64,000 nt of DNA from Saprolegnia diclina VS20 (Eukaryota): assembly GCF_000281045.1 (NCBI RefSeq), contig NW_008246081.1, positions 1 through 64,000 of the forward strand, written 5' to 3'. This document shows, piece by piece, positions 1-12,846 of this stretch (positions are counted from its first letter, which is position 1; each line of letters begins with the position of its first letter). The position numbers and the translations under genes are program-made. The notes below the pieces were generated by a model. It was not told where the DNA came from and ran no database searches. It was given only the letters and a program-made list of their open reading frames with translations.

Positions 1-1186
1 GCCCTTGTGGAAGACATCAAACGTATCACTGGCCGCGCGGCGGACCTCGGACAGTGCGTTGCAAAGGGCATTTTCGAGCGCCACGACAAATCTCTTGACG
101 AAATCTTCGAGTTGCTCCTTGGGCGAGCACTGGATGACCTCGGCAAGACCCAAGCAGTAGCCCAGGCGCATATCGGCGAGGTCTATCGGGTCGAGGCCCG
201 CGCGCAGGATCGGGCCAACCTCGGGCATGACGCAGTGCATCAAGTCGCCAAGGAGCGAGATCGGCGACTCACGAATGTGCCAGTTGTCGTCGAAGATACC
301 GGCCTCGAGCGCAAGCAAGTTGGAAAGCGCGTGGCCATTGACGACGATCGAGCCAGCGTGCATGGCAACGTCGCGGACGCCGTCTGACTCGTCCAAGAGA
401 CTCTCGAGATCAAGCGCGTCCGGGCCAAGGTGCACGAGCACCTCACAGAGACCCTTGGCCGAACTCGACCGCTCGATCGTCGACCGCCAACGACTTTATA
501 GCTTGCTACCCGTGGCACGAGGTGCGCGAAGTGGCTCTGGCCCTTGACGAGCATACCATGGGCTTTGGACGAAACCGTGCGGCACTCAGGAATCGAGTCG
601 AGCAGCATCGTCTGCCGGCAGATGGTGTCGAGGTACAGTGTGAGGTCCTTGGCGTCGTTGACCATCGAGCACATGTTGTCGAAAATAAGTGCAGCCTTCT
701 TCGTCTCCGAGATGCGGTCTGTCAAGCCGCGCAAAAGCATGGACATCACAAGCGCAAGCAATGGCGCGTCGATCAAGTGCACAAAATTCATCGACTGCAG
801 CGCTTGCATCGCGTCCGTCGTCTTGCGGTTCGGGTCTTGCATGTTGGCGATACGAACCGAGAGAAATAAGCTCATGACGTGGTCGCGCGAGAGGATCTCT
901 GTCTTGGTGCAGTGCTCCATGCACGCGCCGAGGTGCGCCACCATGCCTCTGTCAGCCTCCATGTCGTTGTGGCGGCACATGACCGGTGCGCCAAACGCAT
1001 CGCACTTAGCCATGAGCGTCGACGCAATCGTGTCGGGAAACTGCTGCATGCCGTTGGCCAGCGCCGACAGCGGCGAGATGCGACGTTCGGTGCCACTTTC
1101 AAAGCGAACGACAAAAATCGACAAGAGCATCGGCGTGGACGCATCCAAGGTCGCCTTGGTGTCCTCGCCTTCGTCGTCACATGGCG

Positions 1187-3035
1187 CTTTGTGTATTGCC
1201 TTTCGGCCCGCTTGGCGAGCCTGTACGAGCGTCGAGAGCTAGCCGAGGTCACCGACGATCGAACGACAAGGGCGGCCCGGCGCAGAGCTGCTTCAAGCAA
1301 CGCATGCTTTTGCGCAACAAGCGCTGCCGATGCGCCTCGAGCTCTTCCTTGTCGTTCTCGACCTTCTTGGTTGTCGCGCTCGGGTTGGCGGCTCACTTCC
1401 GCGCGAGATTTTCACAAATCTGCGCCTCCAAGCGGCCTTCTACGTCTTGGTGTACAGAGCGTCGTCCGCGCGCAGTCAATGTCGGCGTCGTCGCTTTAAA
1501 CATTGGTAATTGCTGGTGTCTCGAGCGTCGTGGCCACGTGGTGCGAGTACGAGAAGGCGCGGAAAAAGCGCAAAAATCTCGAGCTCGTGTGTCATGGGCA
1601 AACACGGAACCTAGTCAATCTGTGAGACCCTGGTAGCGCCAAAGACGTGTGCTACCTTGCGCCAAACACGAACGAGCGCAGCGCCGACGCCCTGGAGAAC
1701 AAGGTAAGTGCCAAGCACGACGAGGACAATAGGCGCACGGCCACTGTATGTGGCTGCTGAGGGCCGAAAGCTCCACTCGATTGAAATCGAGTAGAGATCG
1801 CATCTGACGCGCCGCCGAGTGAGAGGTTCGCGGCGGGCGAGAGGTCGCCGCGCGCCAGCGGTCTCAATGCTGGCTGCCGTGTGCAAGCCGNNNNNNNNNN
1901 NNNNNNNNNNNNNNNNNNNNNNNNNNNNNNNNNNNNNNNNNNNNNNNNNNNNNNNNNNNNNNNNNNNNNNNNNNNNNNNNNNNNNNNNNNCTTTGTGTAT
2001 TGCCTTTCGGCCCGCTTGGCGAGCCTGTACGAGCGTCGAGAGCAAGCCGAGGTCATCGACGATCGAACGACAAGGGCGGCCCGGCGCAGAGCTGCTCCAA
2101 GCAACGTCGGCGAGAGGTTGGCCGTCACCCGCGATCGCTTCCTTGTACTCGATCGGCGCAGGCGTGACCGCGAGCATGCTCTTGCGCAACAAGCGCTGCC
2201 GACGCGCCTCGAGCTCTTGCTTGTCGTTCTCGACCTTCTTGGTTGTCGCGCTCGGGTCGGCGGCTCACTTCCGCGCGAGATTTTCACATTTCACAAACCT
2301 GCGCCTCCAAGCGGCCTTCTACGTCTTGGTGTACAGAGCGTCGTCCGCGCGCAGCCAATGTCGGCGTCGCCGCTTTAAACGTTGGTAATAGTTGGTGCCT
2401 CGAGCGTCGTGGCCACGTGCGACTGAATGAGGTTGCTCAAGAGGAGCGCTTCGCCCATGCCGTCGCCACCAAACGCGAGAAGCGTCGCAATTGCACACTG
2501 CGCGCCCAAGGTGCGATGCGGCGTGAAGCTTGGCCTTGAGACCCGGTGCTGCGTGAAATGGTCGTCGACGTGGTCGCGCACAATCTCATCATCTTTGGGC
2601 GCCTTCGATGCGGCGACGCGAGGTCGACACGAACCGATCCATGTGGCGCGTCCACTAGCTCACAATGGCATACTTGCGCCCGTGCACGTCAAGCGGGTGG
2701 TGCGAGCACGAGAAGGCGCGGAAAAAGCGCAAAAATCCCGAGCTCGTGTGTCATGGGCAAACACGGAACCTAGTCAATCTGTGAGACCCAAGTAGCGCTA
2801 AAGACCTGTGGTGCCTTGCGCCAAACGCGAACGAGCGCAGCGCCGACGCCTTGGAGAACAAGGTAAGTGCCGAGCACGACGAGGATCATAGGCGCACGGC
2901 CACGGTAGGTGGAGGGCTAAAAGCTCCACTCGATTGAAATCGAGTAGAGATCGCATCTGGCGCACCGCTGAGTGAGAGGTTCGCGGCGGGCGAGAGGTCG
3001 CCGCGGTCTCAATGCTGGCTGTCGTGTGTAAGCCG
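1187..3035. repeat. Diverged direct duplication (copy A 1187-1890, copy B 1991-3035) flanking a 100-N gap
   Basis: Both copies begin CTTTGTGTATTGCCTTTCGGCCCGCTTGGCGAGCC and end GTGTG(C/T)AAGCCG. Copy B has extra blocks (~2107-2173, ~2420-2695) that are absent from copy A. Confidence 0.9.
1891..1990. other. Assembly gap (100 N)
   Basis: Run of N. Confidence 1.
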
Positions 3036-3364
3036 TTGGACGTCAAGCGTGAGGCGCTCGAGATGAGCGCCATTTGGCTCTGCGCCGCGAGATGACGAGC
3101 ACACTCCGAACGCGACGCAGCGCGCGCAGCGCCCAATGCTGCGCCGGCGGCGTGGTCTCGTCGCGGCGCCCATTTTGGAATGTATTTCCCTTGCTAGCGG
3201 TGTCCGGCTATTTATCCGGATGCCTCGAAACGACGCCACAGGCTCGATGTACGTGAAATGGGGGTCTTAAAGTTTACGTACACGATATACAAAGAAAGAG
3301 GAGAAAGAGATTGAAAGGTCTTCAGCACGTTGACAGAGGTGGAGCCTGGCTTTCAAGTGTAGTG

Positions 3365-3785
3365 ATGCGGCTGAAGTTGCTCGGCCTGCCTTTCAACCAA
3401 TCAGGCGAAGCTTTTGATGAAAAAATCATGGTTTACGGTGTATTTCGACCAGTAGCCGCCTTAAAGCACATAAGAAGGCGCTTGGATTGGCTAAAATTCA
3501 CGCAGATATCATCGCCACGACTGAGCTCCGCGATTGAGCTTCAACAGATGGGACGACTGAGCTCCACGTCCGACGCGGCCGAGGTCGCCGTCCAAGCAAG
3601 CAGCCCGCTGCTTACCGTCTTCCAATAGCTGCACCACGCGTACTATAGCATTGCCTACTTATGTCTTGCAGTGCTGACTCTTGTAGCGTTGTCGGTGAAT
3701 AGGATTAGCTGCCGCAGCGTGGCGGCAGGCTGATGTGGTGCTTGGGCGCCCCGGGCCTCGTGTCGCATGTGGAGTTACCCTCGAA
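3365..3785 (+). pseudogene. Possible decayed Crinkler (CRN) N-terminal domain relic
   Basis: MRLKLLGLPFNQSGEAFDEKI...VAALKHIRRR...KFTQISSPRL resembles the CRN ubiquitin-like N-terminus (KLFC...GSAF.V.I...VSALK..I...F..IDA..L). A later GLVSHVELP resembles HVLVxxP. LFLAK itself is missing and stops intervene. Confidence 0.35.
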
Positions 3786-4834
3786 AACGCATCACGAGCC
3801 ATATATTAATTTTTGAGAGGCATTCGCCAAAGCCTCCGAAATTCGATCAATCGCGCGCATAAGCTCAGTCGCCCATATGAAATGCACCAAGCCACGCCAC
3901 AAGCGCGACAAGGTCGAGGCGAGGCCATCGTCCGCACTCCTCGCACAAACGCTCGAGGTTGTCGCTGTCAACGTTTGCCTCGGCGCGTCGACGGCTGCGA
4001 CGCTGCTCAACACGTTTCGGATACCACCAATCGAGTGTGATGATCATCGATCCTCGACGATGCAGACCCAAGCCAATTCGCATGCTGGATGAGGACGCTG
4101 CGATCGTTGCTTACCTGGCAAGCCGACGTCCTGTACTACAGGGATTCGCGGCGAAAGAAGGACCTCGGCCACACGAGTGTCACCGTCCACAGTCGACAGG
4201 ACGCCCGCTTGCGAGCGCTTTGCCGTGCGACGCGGTGCGGTGCGGCCGAGGCCCTGCAGCGCAAATTGCGGAATGAGCAGCGCTCAAGGCTTCTACAATT
4301 CTCTTGTAAAAACTTTTGCGTTTCTCCTTTGTCGTGCTCGCTTTTACACTTGTTTTTACAGGACATTCTCCGAGTGCCACGTCATAGAAATTGGTTGTTT
4401 TTTGCGACCTGACATACGAGGACGCATGAATCCCATCACACGCGTTATGACAATATTGTAGATCACCGCGAGTGCGGGAGCCCGAGAATTGTGAGCTACA
4501 AGCCTCTCGTTCCAATCGCTCCACAGAACGTGCTGGACGTCGTAACTCTATGAATGTTGCTAGGAATCGCAATCTTGTTCCACTGGAGGGGGAGACCGTC
4601 GCTACAAGTGCAGAGGACGACGCGTGCCAATGCAGCCATTTGCATTTTTAACGTTTTAAAAGCGCTTTGTATCTGTGGTCGAGCATTGCGTGCGATTTAG
4701 GCCTGCAACGACGACGTATCGCAGTCTGCTCTACTCTTTAAAGTGTCTCCTATCACTGTCCCAACTTTGGGCGATTCCATTTCAAACATGATGTTGCCGG
4801 CAAGCGACGTCGGCGTCCTGGCGTGATGCCGCTA

Positions 4835-4897
4835 AGATGGCACTACGATCTTAGTCTGGAGTGCGTTGTGCCTCTCAGATGGCACTACGATCTTAGT
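4835..4897. repeat. Two-copy 42-bp-period direct repeat
   Basis: AGATGGCACTACGATCTTAGT at 4835-4855 and 4877-4897. Confidence 0.85.
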
Positions 4898-5810
4898 TTG
4901 GCGCGCATCTTGGATCGCGTCTCGCTATCGCTGTACGCCTCGTACGTCGATGCGACCTCGCTTTCCGTGCTCTCTACAGCGTTCTTTTTGCTACTGTGCC
5001 AAGGTTTGGCCATTTCGTTTTCGAACGCAAAGCAGTCGATCGAGCGATGGTTTGGATGGCATGGCGCCAAGCTAAATAAGGAAAAAAGATACGAATATTG
5101 TGCCGCGTCCACTGGATGGTGAGTGGCACTTGTGCTTGGTGTTGTGTGATGCTTCTCTGCACAACGTAGCCCACAACAATGGCAAGACGGTAGATTTTGA
5201 TTCATTCTCTGGTGCGATGCGTGCTGTGGCGTCTCGCATTTTTAAACCTATCCCTACAGTTTGGAAATCGCTATTCACTACAACCATGATCGCTATTCAC
5301 ATCTGCACACGACGGCTTATCGAACCATTTCCCGCCAAGGTCGTCATCTAGACTACCGAACAGCGCGCGCGGCCGGCCTGTCGTATCTCGAAAAATGCGA
5401 TACGTAGTCGCGATCTGTTGCGGTCTAGGGCTAGGGCCAGGCAATGACCTTAGACAACGGCTTGGGGCGATGCAGCCTCCGTCAAAGATCACTATAGACG
5501 CGTCGAAAATGGTTCCCATGAGGTAGCAGCCACGCATGATGAAGTTCTCGCCAAGAACTGCCTGTTTTCATCATACATTGACGTGTCCGAGCGGACGATT
5601 ACGCAAGCGCTTGCGTTGTATTGCTGCTTGGGGCCTCGAATGGGATCTTTGGCACCAGCAAATCGATATTACAGTGCCCTTTTTGTTACAAAGCCTGCCG
5701 CGACTCGGTTGTTGGGCAATACCGTTGGCTCGTAGATCATTTTCATGGACCAAAGTGTCTCTTAGGTCTATCGCTCATTCTTGTGCGAGTGTATAAGCAG
5801 CTTAGTACTA

Positions 5811-8800
5811 CTATTCATCAAAATCAATATGCGTCGTGTGCGCGAGGCTTTCGTCGCGCTCGGCTTTGGCGCAGACCGCAATGGCGTCCGCCGTTGCTGC
5901 GTCGAGAAAGGCCAGACCCACGAACGCTTCAATCACGCGCAAGAGGCTGTCGGGAACCTTGGCCAAGCGCGTGCCTTTGAGGGCGTCGAGAAACAAGGCG
6001 CGCTGCTGCGGAAACACGTAAGCCGTCGAGAGCACGTCAACGTCCGAGTGCACGAAGTAGACGCGCAGCAGCGTCAGCTGACCTGTTTGCATCGCGTCCT
6101 GCGCGTGAAAAGGCAAGAGTCGGTGCTGCACGGCGCTCGGGACCACGACGAGCCGGCGCGGATGCAGGTGCACAAAGCCCGTTGTCTGCGTCTGCAATGC
6201 GTGGCGCTCGGGGCAAAACACCTAGCTGTATCATAGCCAATCCGACAGTGTGCAGGTCGACGTACCTCGCGGCCGTCGCCCGTCATGCGCACGTTGGTTC
6301 GCCCAAACGTCTGTTGGCACTCGATGGTCGGCAGCGAAATGTTCTCGGAGGCCACGACGAGCATCCCTGTGGCAACGATCGCATCGTTAGCGAGGCCCGA
6401 GCCGAGCTGCCAGAGATGTTGACCAGGATGCGTCGGCGCTTCTGGCGACACGGCATACGACTGGACTTGGCACACAACCAAAAGTCGAGAGTCTTCGTCG
6501 TTGTCACGCTCGAGCAACGGAGCAAACTCGTTTTGGAGGCAGCCTTCGTGCACGTGCTCTGGCAAGACGGGGGGTACTTCCGGCCAGAATGGATCGAAAT
6601 CGACGTTGTTCGCGGCGAGCTCGTCTCGGAAGGCGCGCTGCTGCGCCTTGGTGATCACGTCCCGAGGCCCCAAGTTGTGCTGCACTCGGTAGAGCTGCCG
6701 CAGCAAGGCCTTTGTGTCGTACGGCAGCGACAAGTCTTGCACTCGCGGACTCGGATAGGCCGTTGGATTTGCCGCCTTTTGCGCATACCGGAGCAACGGC
6801 ACCATGCGCGCAACGACGCCTTCGAGGCTCGCAACCAAGTCGACGCTGTTGACATTGTTGACGTATGCCTCAAATCTCGCGGCGCCCGAGACCTTATCGT
6901 AGGCCATCGGCGTCGGCAGCCACTGGTGCGTTGCCGAGACGTGTCGAGAGGCTGGAGAGGCACACGATGCGACGTGCTGCGCGGCACTTGCCCGACCGTC
7001 GTGGGGCGATACGCTGAAGTGCGTGTGGTTGGCCACGACGCAGTACATGTTTGGATCGAGAACGTCATGCACGTGCCGCGCCGCGTCATGAGGCGCAGCT
7101 GCCAAAAGCGGTGCCAACGCCGACGCGATAGCGGCGACGTCGACGTCGTCACAGTGGCTGACACCGTACGCTGTGTTGGGCACAAAGCCCAGCGGCGTCA
7201 CACAGTGCGTCTGAAGCAGCGCGAGCTCCTCCGTGAGAAGGTCATGTGGCGCAGAAGCCAACCGGTGCGGCTGGTTGAGTGCATGGCACAGCGCATTCAT
7301 GTACGCCAGCTCGACCTGCGTGTACGCAAGCGGCTTGGCGGCACCAAATCCGCACCAAAGGAGCGTGTACGCGGCTTCCAGCGCGGTGTCGGGCAGCCAA
7401 AAGACATCGCGCGTCTTAAGAGCACTTGTGGAAAAGCTGGTCTGGAGAAGAAATCTGACGATGTGGCGATGGCTACTGGATCGAGTAATGTCCAGATACG
7501 ACTGGCCGTTCTAGACCATATGACGTGAGAGCCTATTTGTGGGGAATTGGGGAAACAACATGGCGATACGCCGCGACGTCGCCAGCGCGGTGCACGAGAA
7601 GCTCGACGGCTGGAAGGAGCCCGCGGCTGCATGCCTCGTGGAGCAGCGACCGGCCGTCCTTCGGTGAGGGTGCGACGTTGGTACATACATGGAACGGTGA
7701 TACCTCCAAACGGGCGTTTGGGTCTGCGCCGGCGTCGAGAAGCGACGCAAGGATCTCAGAGCTGTACAGCGCGCGAACACAGTACATCTATCGTATATGT
7801 CACAATCCCTGGATGAAAACCAAACGCGAACCGGTCCCAAGGTGTTGAGCTCCACGAGCGGCGCGAGAAGCGCGACAATCGCTGCGCTCTCCGCGTTGAT
7901 GGCGATGTACAGCGGTGTGCTGTAGACCTGGCTTTGCACTCAGCGTCCACGCACACTAAATACGTCAACGCACCGAGTCGTCAGCTGCCAAACGAGGGTC
8001 GGCGCCGTGCTGCAGCAAGCCGCGCACGAAATCCACGTCGTACACATGCATGTCGACGGCGAGTGTGAGTGGTGACTGCCCCATCTACAGAAAATAGTGT
8101 AGTCGCGACGCTCAGGGAGGCGCCAGGCTACCACGTCGAAGACGTTGAGGTTCGTCACGGGAATTAGCATGTGCGCAGACGCAAGGAGCTGGCCGCGGAT
8201 CGCATCGTGCAGCGGCGTGGAGCGGTACTAGAATCCGAGTGTATAGCGGGAAGAGTGTTCACTCGACGCACATCGTTCAACGAGTTGGGGTCCGCGCCAG
8301 CTGCAAGAAGTAGCTCGAGGAGGTTGGGATACGGCGTCGCGTACCACAGCGCCTGCATGTGCGCTCAGAAATTCTCGATTCGACCACACAGTACCTCGGA
8401 TACCACCGGTGCGGACGGTTGCATCGAGAGGACGAGCGACACCATGCGTTCATGGCGATTTCCAGTGTGAATCGCTGTCGACAGCAGTGAACGACCCTCC
8501 TACCATCGCAAGGTCGTGGAAAACGGGCGGAAGAGCAGCAATTGAACCTTGTTGCGATGGTCGACGTTCGCGGTGCCACTCAACAGGAGGAGGCTCCAGA
8601 TCAACTCGTTCTCCTCCCGCGGGCCTCTCTTCACAAGCGCAAACAGCGGTGTTTCTCCGTTCTACCATCCAACGCGATAGTTCAACTCGCCACTGGAAGC
8701 ATGTCGAGGCACAGACCTTATTGGGCGCATTCGGGTTGGCGTCAAAGCGTAGCAAAAGCTCGACGACGTCAACACGCGCGTGCGCGACGGCCATGAAAAG

Positions 8801-9234
8801 GGCGGTTTGTTGACTCTACGCAAGCTTTATCAGCGCTGGCCCGCTGTCGCGACGTGTACGTTCGTGGCAAAGTCAATGTCGGCGCCGTGGTCGAGTAGCA
8901 ATGAGACGAGGGGCGCGTGTCCTCTGGTCGCCGCAATGTGCAGCGGCGTCAAGCCTTGCTACGCAAGAGGCATTCTACGTGAGTCTAGCAGCAACGGGTA
9001 TGTAGCGGACCTGGTTGGCGACGTCCAGCGAGGGCCATGGTAATTCGAGGAGCGTCGCCAGATTACCCACGTGTCCAGCCTTCGCCGCGAGGTGCAAGGC
9101 CGTGTTGCGATCCTAGGCTACGTCAGAAGAGAGGACGTATACAGTCATCGTACGCGGTCCCGCGCGCCCACGATGGCGGGCTCCACGTCGACCTGGTGGC
9201 CGGCCTCAAGAGCTTGGGCGATGGCGTCGTCCAT
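5811..9234 (-). CDS. Ankyrin-repeat + DUF4246 domain protein (multi-exon)
   Basis: Ankyrin exons (TALHLAAKAGH, GLTPLHIAATRGHAPLVSLLLDHGAD, TPLYIAINAESAAIVALL, GRSLLHEACSRG) lead into an exon starting at 7510 (NGQSYLDITRSSSHRHIVRFLLQ). That exon runs in frame into DUF4246 motifs (HQWLP...EAYVNN, NDAIVATGML...SENI; then QHRLLPF...STAYVFPQQ in the last exon). Stop at 5811. Confidence 0.8.
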
Positions 9235-9782
9235 TGTGCAACAAAGACGAAATAATTGCGGTCTTTGATTGGCCAATTCGGGCGGAAAGTCCAGCTTAAA
9301 TGCCCAATCAAACGCTGTGGGTTCATTCCAAGATCGATGATGATTGGCTGAAACGACATAGAGTGTGGACCTGAGTTGAATCGTTCGTGATAAATTAAGC
9401 TTGCTAAAAAAATAAACTTGCTGGCCCGACAAGCAGCTTCCACACCTACAGTGCTTGATGCAAAGTCGGGGAATACGCGATGAAACGAACGCTCGAGGCT
9501 ACAACACCACAGTGAAGGCCGAGTTCACAGAGGTGATTCGGATCAAGTATTGTCGAATGCTCCGACGCGATGCTACGACGACTGCCGCATCTTCACGATG
9601 GAGGCATGTACCGTTTTAAGCCCAAAATAGTGGCAACTCGGCACAAAATCAGCCAAAACAGTGTGTCAATGATGGCTCGTCAATACCCAGATCTGAGTCC
9701 AGGCAAATGGGCGATCGAGAGGGCCCCGACGGTTGGTCAAGTGCCTTACCAGTGTAGCGGTGTCTCGCGGTCGACACGCAGG

Positions 9783-11646
9783 ATGTCCGAAGGACGCGGG
9801 CACAATCTCTTGCAAACGAAGCGCATCACCCAGAGCCGCATCCGACGTGCTACGACGTGGATCGTGAGTCTCCTCATCTCCAGTGTTGCAGCGTATTACG
9901 GTGTCGAGCCGTCGTACAACGGCCTCACGCTAACGTTTACCGGCAGCCAAATCTCACAGTCTCATGCGTTCACGGTCATCGACCCGAGCAACCTCCGCTT
10001 CTACAACCTTCGCGTGGCGCCAAACACCCCAGCGCTAGTATCATCGCTTGAAAACCTAACCACGACGACGCAGTTTGCTGAGCCGCTTGTCTTTGCCCAG
10101 CTCGTTTCCAACGCCAGCGATTACCTCTCTTCCATGGACGCCGCGACGACCGCACGGTACTTGGCCGATCTGGATGTCGCGAGCGTCTACGCCGGTACGC
10201 ACCACACATCGCGGTCCGTGCGCTGTATTGCCACCGCCGGCTCGCCCCTTGGCTGGTCAACGGCTTCTGTGTCAGCTATGTCGAGGGCAAGATCTACCAC
10301 GCGTGGACGTCGCGGTACTTTTATGACGGCGAGGAGGCGCGCGGCGGCGCCATGGCCAACGCTGTCATGCTCTTCACGTACGACGGAGACTTCTTGGAGC
10401 GACGTCGCTCGGAGATGCTGCTGTCCGACGCGATGGCCGTCACCGGCCTTGGGTATTTTCGTGTCAACCGCGCATGGGTGCGGACGATCGACGATCCGTT
10501 CAGCTTCCAGGGCGTTCGAGACGACGGCGCGGCGATCGTGGTGGTTAGCTTCGTCTCGGTCCTCAACTTTAACGGCGCCAAGATCCTTCTGGGCCTCCAA
10601 GCTCCGAATCCGTGCTACGATGTCTTTGAGCACATCGATTATGGCTACACCAACCTCGTGACGGCCGAGTACATTTGGCTCGGACCGCAGCTCGCGACGT
10701 ACATTGCGCAGTTTGTGGTGGTGCTCGTCGCGCTTGGTTCCGTTGAGCACGACGTCTCTGTCTCGATCCTTGTCGACTTGGTGAGCGCAACGAGCTACTC
10801 GTCGGTGCTCCTCGTCTTTTCACTTCTCGGCAAGTACTACCTCGTCTTCAACCTCAGCAGCATCCTTCCATCGGACTCGGTCCTCTCCATTTACCTCATT
10901 TCGGTCATTTCGCTCTACCACAATCCGATCGTGTCGCACTGCTGGCCGTCCAAGCTCTTGGTTGCTTTAAACTACTCAGTCGTCAGCATCGGCATCTTCC
11001 ATCGGGTGGTTTTGAACCTCTGGCGCTTGCCGTCACGGGCGCCGAAATCTTTGTCGGCTGCAGCTTCAATACCAAGCTGCAGGTCGGAACCAATCCGACG
11101 CCGTGTGTCTTTGGCACGGGCAACTGCTTCAACGGTATCAACTCGCGCGTCCTCGTCGTCATGGGCATGCATCTCGCGGTACTTTCTCTCTATGTGCTAG
11201 CAATCACGTTACATTTTCGGCGCCACCCGCGCCAACTCGTCAAAGTCCACGGCCTCTTGGGCTACGCCAAGCACCCTATCGGATCGCTCCCCAAGGTCTC
11301 TGCAACGACGTTCGAGACGCACTGCAACGGGCAGCTCCTCGACGGAATCCTAGCGTCGCGGTATCACTGCGTCGACACGCGGCGGGAACACGTTGGCACG
11401 TCGACCGCTGCCGTCATGACGCTCGGCTTCGTGACTATGCGTTGCGGCCTCCTGATTCGGTTCAAAGATTACGCAACACTTGTGGTCGCGCGCCTCCTCC
11501 CCATGAGCTACAAGAAGACGCTGCGCATCTCGATCCCAGTCGCGACTCTCGCTAACAACAGCGTCGAGGGCCCGCTCACCTACGTCTATATCCACGAGCT
11601 CCCAGCCCATGATCTGTGCATTAGCCACCCGGTCTGTATTCTCTAA
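9783..11646 (+). CDS. Multi-pass transmembrane hypothetical protein (multi-exon)
   Basis: Consecutive ORFs 9570-10661, 10352-11200 and 11161-11646 are joinable by short introns, contain several hydrophobic segments and show coding-like codon usage. Start codon uncertain. Confidence 0.65.
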
Positions 11647-11883
11647 TAAGGTCCAACAAGGTCAAGTGAACCTTGTTGATAAGGATGCTGGTCAAAACGC
11701 TTGCCATGTACCTGTATCATTTTATGCTGTATGTATTTACAAAGTTTTTACACGTGGCGCTTCGAGACGTTGGTGGTTCATCCGAACCTGTGAGGAGTGC
11801 ATTTAAGTGGTCTCGATCGCAGCCTCCAGCAAGTACTATGTTGCTGTCGCAATGTAAGATGACGTATATATACGTTATCTGAG

Positions 11884-12846
11884 TTACAACGCTGCCAGTA
11901 GCGTCGTCAGTGCGGGGTGATGGCATTGGTTGGCGAGCGCCGTCACTTTGGCCTTGTCCAAGCCGACGCGGCGCTCAAAGAGGAAGTACTTGGCGACGAG
12001 GACGCGACCATGGCGCAGCGCCGCCGCGAGCGCCGCCAACGCGTTGCCTTCGCGCCGAAACGTGTCGAGGAAGCGCACCACATAGACGTGGCCGTTCGCA
12101 GCCGCCTCGATCATCGCCCGCGCCGTGCAGCCCTCTTGGCGGCTCTTGTGCAGAAACGTCACAATGTCCAGGCGGCCGTACGCTGCTGCGAGGTCCATCG
12201 TCTCGGCCGAGAACCCTGGATATCGGTGGCGATGCAGGAACTGAACCACATTCGTGCGCCCGTGGAGCACCGCGATCGCGACCGTCGATCGGTCCCAGAC
12301 ACCGAGGCCGTGCGCAAGGCAGTACTCGGCCACCTTGGTATGGCCGCCGTTGCAGGCTGCCTTGAGGGTGTCGTGGGCCACGGGCGCGCCGTGCTGGTGA
12401 AGGAAGCGCAACAGCGGCATGTTGCCAGTGCTCGCCGCCGTGCGCATGACGAGCGCTGGGCAGCTGGCGGCCTCTCCGGTGGCAAAGAGGTGCTGGAAGA
12501 CGCTGAGGTGCGCGTATGTCGCGGCCACCGCCCAGTGCGCGTCCGAGAGTCGATGGTCGAGGTGCACCAAGAGCGCCGTGTTGCTGTATGTGAGCGCGTA
12601 GTAGAGAAGGTGCTCGTGATAGCCGGCGGTGACGAGTTGGTCGAGGCCGCGCACGCCAAAGCGCAGGTGCCAGACGGCGAAGCGCACGTGGAAGGGCCCG
12701 AGGATCTTTGGCAGGCGCTGCGTCTGCTGCATAGAGACGCCGCGCAAGGCGCGCACGATCGCCATCGTATGCTGGTTGTAGCCCGCCTGGTAGGCTACGA
12801 TGGCGAGGACCAGGTCCGGCGAGCGGAGAGCGTGCGGCATGGGCAA
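11884..12846 (-). CDS. Ankyrin-repeat protein
   Basis: 320-aa ORF with repeats such as MDLAAAYGRLDIVTFLH and MIEAAANGHVYVVRFL. Confidence 0.85.
   Translation of the reverse strand: MPMPHALRSPDLVLAIVAYQAGYNQHTMAIVRALRGVSMQQTQRLPKILGPFHVRFAVWHLRFGVRGLDQLVTAGYHEHLLYYALTYSNTALLVHLDHRLSDAHWAVAATYAHLSVFQHLFATGEAASCPALVMRTAASTGNMPLLRFLHQHGAPVAHDTLKAACNGGHTKVAEYCLAHGLGVWDRSTVAIAVLHGRTNVVQFLHRHRYPGFSAETMDLAAAYGRLDIVTFLHKSRQEGCTARAMIEAAANGHVYVVRFLDTFRREGNALAALAAALRHGRVLVAKYFLFERRVGLDKAKVTALANQCHHPALTTLLAAL

Larger units (their letters stand above)
1..3200 (-). pseudogene. GCN1: Degenerate, internally deleted GCN1 (eIF2-alpha kinase activator, HEAT repeats) pseudogene fragments
   Basis: Minus-strand translations give GCN1-like segments: DPNRKTTDAMQALQSMNFVHLIDAPLLALVM...KKAALIFDNMCSMVNDAKDL...LLDSIPECRTVSSKA; ERSSSAKGLCEVLVHLG; LEAGIFDDNWHIRESPISLLGDLM; LGYCLGLAEVIQC...EVRRAASDTFDVFHKG. 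They lie in different frames with large parts missing. The assignment is firm for 1-1150 and tentative for 1150-3200. Confidence 0.7.

Noticed and set aside
4832..4897. 21-bp repeat with a hairpin (CTAAGAT...ATCTTAG), superficially CRISPR-like
   Set aside because: Only two units, the flanks are similar too (a simple 42-bp duplication), the context is eukaryotic and there are no cas genes
4900..5800. Coding-like hydrophobic fragments with stops
   Set aside because: Probably pseudogene debris, but no family can be assigned by eye
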